Source: Diadema antillarum
Lineage: Eukaryota
Length of the DNA stretch: 64,000 nt
NCBI RefSeq assembly: GCF_040938485.1
Contig: NW_027271464.1
Coordinates: forward strand, 558,001 to 622,000
Direction: 5' to 3'
The position numbers and the translations under genes are program-made. Each line of letters starts with the position of its first letter. The first letter of the stretch is position 1. The notes under the pieces are model-generated. The model worked only from the letters and a program-made list of their open reading frames with translations, was not told where the DNA came from and made no database searches. Shown here one piece after another: positions 23,344 to 35,535 of the stretch.

Positions 23344-24933
23344 AGCTGCGTTTACACCATGTTCCTGGCAACCACAGCAGCTCCTTCTTCTTCTTCTTCC
23401 GGGTGAAGTACTGACCTCTGGAAAGAGTATTTTCGTACTTTGTGCAGTGCTGAAACTAGTGTGCCACGCTGCATTGTTTGATGCTTTTTTTTTGTTGTTA
23501 CAATTGATATAATATACACTATAAAAAGTAAAAAGTGCTCTTTGTGCAAGTAAAATTAGCTCCTCTTCCAACTAGATTTGACGCAGTGTCACCCCGACCA
23601 GCTGCCTCCTAAACTGTTCGAGGGAAGAAGCAGCTGTCACACTGGTTGGGAGCTGGTTCCAGAAGAGTATGACACTTGGGAAGAAGGAGTTTTGAAAGCC
23701 AGAGGTCCTGCAGAATTGTTGTCGATATTGAGTAGGTCTTCGTCCAGATGATCGTGTTACCGGGTAGATGTAGGGTGGTTCAGGTGGAATAGCAATCAGT
23801 TGATGTAAGATGCGGAACAGCATGATGACTTTCAGCTGGGCCCTTCTTTCTGCAAGAGATTGCCATTTCAAGGAGTGTAGCATTTCACTGACACTGTGTC
23901 GAGGGTGAAAGTCTCCCAGAGTAAACCTAGCGGCACGTCTTTGAACCATTTCAAGCTTCCTGATTTGGTCTTGGCAGTGAGGATCCCAGGCTGTTGATGC
24001 ATATTCAAGGATAGGGCGGACATATGTCACATAGGCTTGTTCTTTTATTTTCTTGGGGCAGCCATGTAGGTTTCTCTGGAGGAATCCTCGTGTGCTGTTG
24101 GCCTTTTTACATGTGTTGTCTACAATGTATATGTGTCTTCCAGCTTAGCTTTGAGTTGATATGTACTCCAAGGTACTTAGCATTGTCCACAACTGGAAGC
24201 TTGACTCCATGAAGAGAATAAGAAGAATGGATGACATTTTTCACCTTGTTGGTCACTCTCAGGACTTCACACTTGGATGGATTGAGGGACATCTGCCACT
24301 TGGTTTCCCACCCTTGGATGTTGGTAAGGTCTTCTTGGAGTCTGTCTGCATCCGTCTGTGAGCTAATGTGTCGGTAAAGGAGACAATCATCTGCAAACAT
24401 TCGAAATTCAGACGTTTCAGGCCACTGTGGCAAAAACGGGATGGACGTGAAACGACGCGGTGAGACGGGATTGTCAAACGTGGGGTGGCAGGCGGTGATT
24501 ACCGTGGATGCCGTGGGCGTGGCCATGTCAGATTTTTAAAATGTCAAAAAATTTGCCACGTACGGCAGTCCCAGTGCTAATGAGGAATTTTGTATGCCAT
24601 GATAAAACGGGGTCAACGCTACAAAACATGGTGGCACGTACACTGTAATGGACCGTATTAAAGACAAACTGGAGGTGGTCCGTAACGTAGGGCCATAATA
24701 GGGGGATGCGACAGAAAATATCGATTGTCTAGCCTGATCAGATGCCGTGAGAATTGAGAATAGCGTCTAATATAGAGCTATGTTCACGGGGGCGAGGGCT
24801 GGAACGACCAAGACTAGTCTAGATTACGAAGGGGAAAAACAGGAGAATGTCTCATCTACCCACAGCGCACTGCATTTCAGGCAAAGGGGGCCGGGGCTGC
24901 CATGGCCACTAGGAACATGGTGTAAATGCAGCA
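23344..24933. mobile_element. PIF/Harbinger-like non-autonomous element containing the LINE above
   Basis: Imperfect TIRs AGCTGCGTTTACACCATGTTCCT / AGGAACATGGTGTAAATGCAGCA with TAA on both flanks. Confidence 0.6.
23386..24420 (-). mobile_element. 5'-truncated CR1/RTE-X-group LINE (RT C-terminus, 3' UTR, (GAA)n tail) in GNPNAT1 intron 1
   Basis: FRMFADDCLLYR...NPSKCEVLRVT...KYLGVHI and YVRPILEYASTAWDP...VQRRAARF...SFFPSVILFWNQLP; tail GAAGAAGAAGAAG. Confidence 0.92.
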
Positions 24934-25913
24934 TAAATGCTAGTAGTATGTCAAGTTCTGATGCACCAAACTGAGGCAAAGTTGAACAAAATACTGTTCA
25001 ATGTGTGTGCATTCACTTGACTTTTGATATTTTAATCACACTAAAATTACATGAAGTGCAAGTGTTCAGCTTATTAGTATATGCTTTAATACTTCCAATT
25101 AAATTGAATTAGGTCACTCATAAGGAAAATGAAACCCAAATGTACATTTGTCTATTGTACAGTCGAGATTACAGAATATGGGTTGAATGGATGTAACAAT
25201 ATTAGTAGCGCACATTTATTATTCGTGAAGTTTGAGGAAAATTGGACAATTCGTTCAAAAGTTTTGAGTTTTTAAAGTTTTGGTGCCACCATTGCTGGAT
25301 GAGAAGACTGCAACATTTTGCGATGTCTCACATAGACAAGCGATATAAAAGTCCATAATGTCGTCCAAAATTTGACTGCCTGCTACATGTAGAAACCTAT
25401 ATGCTTTTACGCATGGTCGAACCTTGGCATGGGAGGTCGAACCTTGTTGTGGGTGCCGATACTTTTATATTTCTTTCATAATGAAAAAGCATTTGACTTG
25501 CCTCTTTCAGCATGCAGGGGGTATCCGCATGATCAGGAGGGGATGTGTACTTTTCATTAAAAAACCCCCCAAAAACCATGTATCCGGTAATTTCATACAA
25601 GCATGCTCATTCATGCATGGATAGACAGATGGACACACACATATACTTTATTTTATCTAGTTTATCTCAGATACAGTATGTTCTGATAGATATGTGCTTG
25701 TTATATATGAAAGCTTTTTTTTATTTCTGTCAGATTAAAAGAAAGCTTTTGTACTGCAAGTTGTACGTTTTACTGTTTAAGTAAATGTGAGACCAAGTAT
25801 TCAAGATAAGTCCTGTTCCTCAATACCCTCACAGTATAAACCCAGTTTATAATGAAAATTGACCATGCGTTTTTGTTTTCTGCAATGCAATTTATCTATT
25901 TTTCCTTTTGTAG

Positions 25914-26076
25914 AACCACGCAGATGACGCCCCAATGTTTGACCCACAAGTGTTGGAGGAACTTAAAGCCCAGTTTACAGATCTCAGCAAAGTTTCCTTC
26001 AATCCACCAATCACCCCTCAGAATCCAGGAGAGTCTTTACTGATGAGGCCGCTCTACATGTCAGACTATGACAAGG
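25914..26076 (+). CDS. GNPNAT1: GNPNAT1 exon 2
   Basis: tag|NHADDAPMFDPQVLEELKAQFTDLSKVSFNPPITPQNPGESLLMRPLYMSDYDK G|gtaagg; matches the GNA1 N-terminus (PMFDP...PGE.LxxRPL). Confidence 0.95.
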
Positions 26077-27081
26077 GTAAGGAACAAGGGGGATAGTTTA
26101 TTCTGTCACGTATATAGACATACTTGTATAATACCTCTCATGTGAGAATTGATCATGTAATGGGGAGGGGGGTTGGTTTAAAGTTCTTGAATTTCCTTGT
26201 TGTGTATCATTAAGAGGATGCAAGGGGTGCTTTGTTGTAACCAACTACTTTATATGAGATTGTTGTATATTTTGCGTTAATTATTTTAGTCAATTCAATC
26301 TGATATCCGCCATTTTTTTTTTTTTTTTTTGCTCAGTCACTTTGTAAGGTACATTTTTTTGTTATAGCCAATAAGTTAACTTTCAAACCCTGTTTTAAGA
26401 GGCCTTTACCTCGGCAAAGTTGCGACGTCCAGAGAACAAAATTTGTCTTAAAAACCAGTAAAACCGAAGGAGAGAGTGAGGGGTACTGTTTCAACAGACA
26501 CACACCAAATGCCTTACCCATGTAGGTTTCCACAAAGGGGGTGTGTCCACTGATGTGTCTACCATACCTACTGGTCAGCGCCGTCTATTGTTCTAGATTA
26601 TGCACATACAATCACTGATCTCAACTACAGTACATTTTAGAGATCAGTGGTTATGATCCATGCACATGATCGATGCGTGGCGTGTCAATCATTCTCTGTC
26701 CGCAATGTTGTTCATGAGGGTTGAGTGTTAAGGTTAGGGTCAGGGAATGTTTATACTGCAGTTGCATGCTAATAGAAGGGTTGCCAGGGTAGTGTCGCGG
26801 TAATGTCAGGGTAATGCTGAGAGTGTAGAATTTGGCAAAAGTTACCGGGACAGCATCCGAGCAACATTTTGCGGGGACTGTTTTTACAGGCAGGGTGAAA
26901 AAAGATTACCCTGACATTACCCAGATGTTGCCGAGGTAACTAGTTTGAAAGGCTCTGCTAAAACGGGGCTTCTGTATGTAGGTATGCTGTGCACATTAAA
27001 ACACTGATTGAGAGTGCTCTGCGGTAAAGTTTATACATTTAGAATGCATCCTTTCCTTTCTGTTTGTTCTTTGATGTTCAG

Positions 27082-27144
27082 GATATCTCCAGCTGTTGGC
27101 TCAATTAACCAAAGTTGGCAATATTCCAAGGGAGATGTTTGAAG
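27082..27144 (+). CDS. GNPNAT1: GNPNAT1 exon 3
   Basis: cag|(G)YLQLLAQLTKVGNIPREMFE G|gtttgt; GxxxxLxQLTxxG motif. Confidence 0.93.
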
Positions 27145-27926
27145 GTTTGTTTGTCTGGCCAAGTGAAAATATTTATTTTGATTATGAGGAGGTTTGTTTG
27201 CAAAATGGCATTACATTTATATTGTGCTTTTATTCTTTTGGTTTCATTGTCATTATAAGCAATGTTTCACAGACTGTCATTCCTGCTTATTCCATTTCTT
27301 TACCTCCTTAGAAGGGGAAAATGTAAGCAAACAAACAATGAAAGTAGAATAATTGTGATGTAGCAGTATAAAAGCCCTGTACACAGAATTAACTCTTGAT
27401 TATCTTGTTGCAATGAATTTTGTGAATGTAACTTTAACTGACACATCCTGTGTTACCAAATATTTATTCTTTGGACGTTGATTTTTCTTTAAAGTACTAG
27501 TAATGGCATTTTGTGCAGCAGCTACTTGTATTATGATGCTATGGTTAAAACTCATCACCATCATCCTCACGAAGAGTATGAATTTATAGTCAAAATAGGG
27601 TGCATCAAGTTGGGATATGTGGGGAATGTCAAATCAATGTTTTCATTTATCTATGTATCAATTTACTTTTACTTTTAAAAGCTGAAGTTTGTATATAGAG
27701 TTCCGTATATAAAGTATGTAATTTTGATAATTCTATAATTTATAGAGTAATACAGTATATGAAAACAGTAGTCACCCATGCAGGTGAACGATACAATTGA
27801 ATAATTATGTGTTCAGAGAACTATTGGACACACTGTCCAAGCACTCAGTTATTGGTTTATCACCCTAGGAACTAATTTTGTTTGTTTTTGTTTTTTTTTT
27901 TCGAACCCATGTTATGCACTGCTCAG

Positions 27927-28057
27927 AGCAATTCCGTGCCTTCAAAGCCTGTCCAAACTCATACTTCATCATTGTCATCGAAGACACCAGCCTGCAGCAG
28001 ATTGTGGCATGTGGGACCCTGGGAATTGATTTCAAATTCATCCACCTGTGCTCCAAG
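27927..28057 (+). CDS. GNPNAT1: GNPNAT1 exon 4
   Basis: cag|(E)QFRAFKACPNSYFIIVIEDTSLQQIVACGTLGIDFKFIHLCSK|gtaagc; includes the KFIH motif. Confidence 0.96.
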
Positions 28058-28346
28058 GTAAGCTGGGCAACAAACAGGAATGAAGGAAAACCTGGACAGG
28101 CATAGTGGGACCTTTAGCATAAATTGAAAAGTTTTCAAAGAATTGACGAACTTTCACTGACCCATGACTAGACTTATGGTTATCAATTTTACCAGTAAGA
28201 AACACTGAAAAAATAATAAAATGATTCATTGCTTTTTTTTCTGTGAGTAAATAAAATAATACTTTTGAATACAATTCCTGAGAGTGATCATGAATATGCA
28301 GCAATATTTAATCTGTTGGTTAAAAAGATTGTATTTTCCATTGCAG

Positions 28347-28408
28347 AAAGGAAGACTAGATGAGATTGTGGTCAAAGAGGAATACAGAGGGAAACAACTT
28401 GGAAAATT
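28347..28408 (+). CDS. GNPNAT1: GNPNAT1 exon 5
   Basis: cag|KGRLDEIVVKEEYRGKQLGK TT|gtgagt; GNAT acetyl-CoA-binding motif RGKQLGK. Confidence 0.96.
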
Positions 28409-28531
28409 GTGAGTATGAAAGTTTGTTTTTCTATACATGCTTCTTTCTTAACTTTTACTTTGACTGTTGTTCGGAAGACAGTTGCTTCCGTGACTTCTGT
28501 CATGACAAACTTATTTCCATTTCTGAGTTTG

Positions 28532-28601
28532 TTGTCCCCGCCGAACGAGTTCGAGCAGGGGACTATGAAACGGGCTCCGTACGTGTGTGTGTCCGTGTGT
28601 C

Positions 28602-28636
<35 letters not shown>

Positions 28637-29823
28637 GCGTCCGTGTGTGATCAAAATCTTCAATTTGCTACTTCTCTGTCATTTATGAGCCAATTTTGAT
28701 TCTGTTTGCTTTATATGATAGCACTACATGGGAGCTTTGAAACTTCTACACAGAATTTCAGTTGTGACCTTTGACCTTGACCTTTGACCTATATTGTACA
28801 TTTTGCTTCAAAATGCTACTTCTTCGCCATTTCTAACCCGATTTCGATTCCGTTTGCTTTATGTGATGGCACTAGGTGAGGGCTTCAAAACTTCTACACA
28901 GAATTTTGACCTTTGACTTCTTTGACCTTTGACCTTGATTTTTGACCTATATTGTACATTGGCTACAAAATGCTACTCCTTCGCCATTTCTAACCAGATT
29001 TCGATTCCGTTTGCTTTATGTGATGGCACTAGGTGAGGGCTTCAAAACTTCTACACAGAATTTTGACCTTTGACTTCTTTGACCTTTGACCTTGATTTTT
29101 GACCTATATTGTACATTTTGCTACAAAATGCTACTCCTTTGCCATTTCTAACCCAATTTCATTTCCGTTTGCTTTATGTGATGGCACTACAGTCTGTAGG
29201 TGAGGGCTTCAAAACTTCTACACAGAATTTTGACCCTTGACTTCTTTGACCTTTGACCTTGATTTTTGACCTATATTGTACATTGGCTACAAAATGCTCC
29301 TCCTTTGCCATTTCTAACCCGATTTCGATTCCGTTTGCTTTATGTGATGGCACTAGGTGAGGGCTTCAAAACTTCTACACAGAATTTTGACCTTTGACTT
29401 CTTTGACCTTTGACCTTGATTTTTGACCTATATTGTACATTGGCTACAAAATGCTACTCCTTCGCCATTCTAACCCCGATTTCGATTCCGTTTGCTTTTT
29501 GTGATGGCACTAGGTGAGGGCTTCAAAACTTGTACACAGAATTTTGACCTTTGACTTCTTTGACCTTTGACCTTGATTTTTGACCTATATTGTACATTGG
29601 CTACAAAATGCTACTCCTTTGCCATTTCTAGCCCGATTTCGATTCCGTTTGCTTTTTGTGATGGCACTAGGTGAGGGCTTCAAAACTTCTACACAGAATT
29701 TTGACCTTTGACTTCTTTGACCTTTGACCTTGATTTTTTACCGATATTGTACATTTTGCTACTAAATGCTACTTGCGGCGGGGACATATTTTACGCACCG
29801 CGTAATTTCTACTTTTCCTTGTT
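28532..29823 (+). mobile_element. HINE family 2, copy A, with ~157-bp tandem array (6 conserved units plus 1 divergent)
   Basis: subTIRs TGTCCCCGCCG / CGGCGGGGACA, (GTCC/GTCT)n microsatellite, unit anchors at 28881, 29038, 29205, 29362, 29519, 29676, 3' hairpin TTACGC-acc-GCGTAA. Confidence 0.9.
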
Positions 29824-29864
29824 TTCATTATGATACATCCTGTCCAAGATGTGGAATTCTAGTA

Positions 29865-30801
29865 CAGGGGAAACTCGGTATAACGAACACTGCTATAACG
29901 AGATATCGGCTATTACGAGGAAATTTTCCCGGTCCCAATTTCCCTTCCACACAAGTCTATGTAAAATGCTACTCTTATAGCGAGATCGGCTATAACGAAA
30001 TAACTGCTATAACGAGATAAATTTTGTGACTTCCAAACAAAGAAAAACATAGCCAATCAAACCTGTTATAACGAGGTAAAGCAAAATGTCTTCGGTAAAG
30101 CTTTAGGTCGCCTGTGCTATCATCTTCCGAGATTGTAAAGCTTGATGCGCCGAAAATTGTCTTGTACACACATAATTATTTCTTTCAGTGCACTCCAGCT
30201 AGCACTGTTGTACCTGTAAGTGTGTGTGTGCGCACACACTGATACATGCAGAAAATGTGGTGGGACGGCCATATGTACACATGACATCATCATGACGTTT
30301 AGCAGGTGTGAGGCAATCTGATGCTGTGATTGGTTTTCTACGTAGGGAAATCCCCATCTTCACACACACGCAGTCATTATGTACAGTACATACAGAATGT
30401 GTCACATACACACACAGCACTGTGCAGACCATAATTCAATCTTTCCACACAACACACACCCATACCATAACCTCATACACGTGTACCAATCCACAGACGA
30501 TCTTGACACAATCGCAAGCTATATAAATTTACAAATTCAAAAACCTACAATTAATAAGAAACACATTCTTGATATTGGATTTCATTGGCGAAAAACATCT
30601 TCTTACCCTTAAAGGTGAGTAATTCCCTCACACGCAATATCAAGTTATCAGTATTGATTGAAATATGATGGGTAGTCCCACATGTGCAAATTAATGTCTT
30701 TATGTTATGCTTTATTTTATACCTACTGATATAACGAGATATCGGCTATAACGAGGAAAACGACTCGGTCCCGACCATCTCGTTATATCGAGTTTCCACT
30801 G
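29865..30801. mobile_element. pogo/Tigger-like non-autonomous element
   Basis: TA-CAGGGGAAACTCGGTATAACG...CGTTATATCGAGTTTCCACTG-TA. Confidence 0.8.
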
Positions 30802-30904
30802 TACAGTATATTGAAATTAATTTCATACCCCCAATGAGGTTCATCCGATTGGTGATTTCATAGAAATATGTTTTCTTGTTTGTTTCACAATCATGAAAAT
30901 TATT

Positions 30905-31460
30905 TTGTACCTTAGTGAGTACTTTCACCTCCAACTGGTGGCTTCTTCAGACTGTGTCGTAGATGGCGGTGTGACGCTGGATGTGAGAGAATGGTATCAT
31001 ATAAATGCGAAAGGATATATTGGCCCGAGTTTCTGTTCATTGTGTTAGGGGTTTCCTGATGTGAATTGCCTCCCTTATCCATCTTGATGGGTGATGATCT
31101 TCTCTTGTAAGAATATGGCTCTTGTTCCATTGGATGGAATGGTTATTGATAGCAACTTGATCCCCCACGGCTGATTTGTGAATGATATTGTCTGCCGATT
31201 ATTTTCTAGATCGAGTGTAAGGGATTTGGCTGATGTTTCTAACTTCATCCTCATGCTCGCCTCTTCTTATACCAAATTGTCTGCCTGTCTCCCCAATGTA
31301 TGTAGCTTTACATTGCAGGGAATCTCATATAATACAACTCCTGCTACGTCGTCTACTTTCCGTTTGTCTTTTGGGTTGACCAGTAGGCTTCTTCTGGTTT
31401 TATGGGGCTTGACAGCAGTGGAAACTTCAAACTCCTTGATGATATTCTTGAGATCGTAAA
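30905..31460 (-). mobile_element. Penelope-like element 3' fragment (GIY-YIG endonuclease region)
   Basis: Degenerate LVNPKDK..VAGVVLYEIPC and NTMNRNSGQYILSHLYDTIL, typical of the PLE C-terminus, followed by a hammerhead motif. Confidence 0.8.
30914..30953 (-). ncRNA. Minimal type I hammerhead ribozyme (Penelope-associated)
   Basis: AGU-CUGAAGA-A-GCC(A)CCA-GU-UGG(A)GGU-GAAA-GUAC-UC-ACU: core intact, palindromic AGUACU in place of helix III, short stem I. Confidence 0.75.
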
Positions 31461-31664
31461 GGAAGATCAGAAGGTAGATCAGCAAGGTTGACAGTAATTT
31501 TGTTTCTTCTTTGTAAAAGGGGAATGTACATGTATGTCACCTACTGTGTGCAGCCTCTACTTGTAGTGAAGATGGTCAGGTGGTATCAGAATATGGGTCT
31601 TTTCCTTTTTGCCTCAAGAAACTTCTTATTCAGTCATCATGTTTTCTTTCTGGTTCCATTCAAG

Positions 31665-31842
31665 GATCGTCGAGACGTTGACATTGCTGAGCCAGCGGAT
31701 GGGATGCTACAAGACTGCGCTGGAGTGCACCACAGAAAACATGCCTTTCTACGGCAAGTTTGGATATGTCAAAGACCGTGAAAATTACATGACGTACCGC
31801 CACGAACACTGCTCCAAAAACAAGGAGGAAACATCCAGTTGA
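31665..31842 (+). CDS. GNPNAT1: GNPNAT1 exon 6 (terminal)
   Basis: aag|(L)IVETLTLLSQRMGCYKTALECTTENMPFYGKFGYVKDRENYMTYRHEHCSKNKEETSS*; CYKxxLEC...FYxKFGY motif. Confidence 0.96.
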
Positions 31843-33503
31843 TGCTTGCCTGACGCTGATCAGCCTTGAAGACTGAATTTTGGAGAAAAAAGAAAGATCA
31901 CGAGTGACCAGATACATCAATTCTTCCTGTGTGTAGCCACATCTTTGTCTGGAAAATAATCAAATGGAAGGTGCATCACACATTCCCTCATCAGTTTCCT
32001 TTCTTGCCTTGAACTCTTCCAAGAATATGAACTACAATTCTCTAAGTTTCCTTAGCTCAGGGAAATGTTTGATGTAATACCTAGAAAATTTGATACACTG
32101 TATGATAACAGTATTCATTACGGGATTAAATCACTTCCATGTGTTGAGCTGTTACCGTATGTTGCTCTTCTTCATTAGTTTCGATGTGATGGCAAAACAA
32201 GAGGATGCTAATGTAAGTAACATGCTCTTGTTCTACAGTGTATGCTATCTTCATTTTACTGTTATGCAGTCACATCTAATGTTGCTGCATTGTTCCAGGC
32301 GACATGGGTCACAAGGGCAAAAAAAAAATGTGTACAGTGGGGAAACATAGGTAAGAAAAAAAAAATGACCCTAGAACGCACAAAAAGTGAGCTTTATGTC
32401 TTTGCAGACACACAATAAATCATGAATTTGCAATGAATAATCATGTCCATTAAGGATTGACAAAAGGTAGAACAGAGGGGCTATTTTACTGCGGTTTTGA
32501 GAGGACCACTATTGGAAGCATAATGATGGCCAGAGCTGATTTAAAATGACTTCTTGTATATAAACCATGAAATCCACCGATTTTAATGAAAAAGAGCAAA
32601 AATATAGAAATTAAAACTGTTTATGGACAAAATGGAGCCTTGTCCTTAACTTGTTCCCTGTATTGAATGGCCCAGTAGCGATTGCTATAATGATTTCTTT
32701 TGTTTGGTTGTTTTTTCATGCAGCTGTACATCTATTATTCAATTTTTAATTTGTTTTAACTTAAACAAATTTATTAACATGAAATACAGGTAGCTCAAAA
32801 TGAGAATGTTATTTTCCTGTAATATCAGAGCTTAAAAAAAGATAGTATAGTGTATACAGGGCTGCACACTAAGTTTTTTTTTTTTTTTTATGCTGGTCTA
32901 ACCTCTCTGTCGGACCAGTCAGGTACCCTTTTTTCCATTTTTTACTGGTCCAATCCTGAAAAAGTTACTGGTCTAACAGGTCAGAGACTGTTGGGCCAGT
33001 TATCAGTCAATGAGGGAAAGATTTTGAGATACAGACTTTCAAATTCCTCATGTTTATTTCACCCCAGACAGACCTTACAACTCTTTGCATAGTGGTGAAA
33101 ATGGTAGCATTCACATCTTGATACAGAGCTGCCACCTGTTTTTGCAACAATTTTTTTTTTAACAACTAGTATTTGATTCTTGACAACTCAGTTGTCTCAT
33201 GTATTTGAGAGTCTAGTTACATTTTTAAAGCAGATTATTTATAAAGTATTTATGTAAATTATAGACCATTTTAAACAATACTGTCATGTTGCTTACTCAT
33301 TCAAAGTCATAAGAAGTTGCCAGAGACCACTTCAAGAGTTGGGGAAAAAATGAATAATTCAGTGCCTTATGAAGTAGGTGCTGTGGGGACTATAATTTGC
33401 CAAAGTTTGTGTTGCTGCATTAGCTGTAAGTTTCATATTCCCTTTCCCAGCGAGTATGTACAATGTATATACCCAAGCCTCGTGCATGTACTTACATCTA
33501 AGT

Positions 33504-33721
33504 CCAGGGGTCTGTTTCATGAAAGTTTTGTGAGACTTTTCACTCATAGGACATACTCATATGAGAAACTTTATGAAATGGATTTTACAATACATGTAGT
33601 TCTTCTTCTTCTTTTTTTTTTTTTAAGTCTCTAATAACTACACATACATGTATGAGCAACTTTGGCCATTCTGAGATTTATGTAGACTTTTATGAGATGA
33701 CCTCATGAAATGGACCCCTGG
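33504..33721. mobile_element. MITE with CCAGGGGTCYRTTTCATGA TIRs (Harbinger-like)
   Basis: CCAGGGGTCTGTTTCATGA / TCATGAAATGGACCCCTGG. Confidence 0.55.
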
Positions 33722-35535
33722 TCTTGTCCATAGCTGACAGACAAACCATGGAGTTGTACATGTAGCTGCATCAGGGGTGTAATCTCATGTGTTGTTGCTG
33801 TTAACCCAGTCAGTATGGAATTAACTTGCCCAAGAATGGCTGTACGGGAGAATTTGCTCTAGTGTAACTACATGTATATGGCCATGTGTCTCGTGTAGCA
33901 TTCTAGCGCTCTAAAGTGAACCAAAGCGACCCGAACCAAAGTGAACCAAAGCGACTCGAACCAAAGTGTACCGGACTGTACTGTGCCAGATGTGGAGCAT
34001 TTGAGCACTCTGTGAAGATAGGGTACCTCATGACTTATTTTCAGAGGGAGTGGCACATTTTGTAGCAAGAGGGTCATTCACCTTGCATGCTTCAACTACT
34101 AACAGATGTCCCGAACAAAGAGAATGACCTCTTTGCGTTATGACGTCTGTGCATGACAAATGCATTCTTAACATGTGAACTTTTGGTACACTTTTGGAGC
34201 GCATGGGGAAGTGGTCCACCACTTGTGGCTCAGTTCAGTTTGGTACGGTACATTTTAGAAGTGTTCGAGCGCTCCTCTGGCACGGGTTCGGTACGGTTCA
34301 GTTCGCTTTAATAGCAGAGCACTCAAATGCACCTTTTGAATCAAAGGTGATGTTAGCAAATGTCGGCTGAATGGGCCGATTTACCAGTTTTCTGGTCCAC
34401 TCCATTCCCAGAAGTATTTCCTGCTTTTTAGTTTAAGGAAACTGGAAACCCTTGTTGCTTTGAACAGTCTGATTTTTCTGGCAACTTCTCAAAGGGAAAA
34501 CAGCTTTCCTTTCATATTGCTTTATTGCTTGATGTCCATCCCAACTTTCGCACAAGATTTATAGCAATGCCTGGAAAAAAAAAAATGTAAATCAATATAT
34601 GTACTGTGTATGTGTGTTTATTATGAGCATTTCCATAAGTATATTACAGAAAGTATGTAGATTAACTTATAGAACTATCATGGCATACATTGTTCAGTGA
34701 TGTTTTGAAATTCAAAGTGACTGTGTGCCAGCAAAGGATTACATGTTAATTCTTGAAAAGTCTTTCATTCCGTAGAGTCTATTACTTGTAGTGTGTACTT
34801 TAAACATGTTGTGCAAATTTGCTTTTATGTTCAGAGTTAATTACTTCAAAATATTTCTATGACTGTGTGTTTATAGGTGATGTTGGACAAATAAGTTATA
34901 CATTATACCAGAATCAAAGAGGTTAATTTATTTTGTTTGATCGTACAGTTTATCTGTCAATACTATTTTGCAAGTGCATTATGCACACTTTTTTTGCCAG
35001 TACCATTTTTGTTAGCATACAACAGTAGGTGCAGTATGAAGAATACTAGTAGTTTGCAAACCAGTCACTTGCTGATCAAAAGGCATGGGGTAAATTGCCA
35101 ATTATTTATGTGTTTGGGTACATTAATAACCACATACAAGTGTACTGAGAAACACTAAAGTTAAGTACACCTTGAAATTGTACCACTTTTGGAAAATGTA
35201 TACAACATGGATTCCCATTATGTTTGCTTGTCTTTTGCTTGTAAGCATAATGTAACTTTTGACAGATTATATTTGTTTGTTTTGCCATTTACCTTCGGTA
35301 TACACGGTACTAAAAGCAGTATAGCTTCAGACATGCTTATATTGTGGCCATAACAACTATATCCTGGTTTTAGAAAAATACTTGTAGTGCTCTTGCATTT
35401 GAATAAAATTCATCAACTCAATACACTGTATTGACTTTACCAACAAGTTTCTATGCAGGTACAGTATGTGGTGTACATGCAAGTGTATTTAGAATGTCAA
35501 CTCCAACATCATGTGCGAGCCTTCATTTTACACCT

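Noticed and set aside
28730-29770. Regular repeat array resembling CRISPR
   Set aside because: Contiguous 157-bp tandem units with no unique spacers and no cas genes, in a eukaryotic intron.
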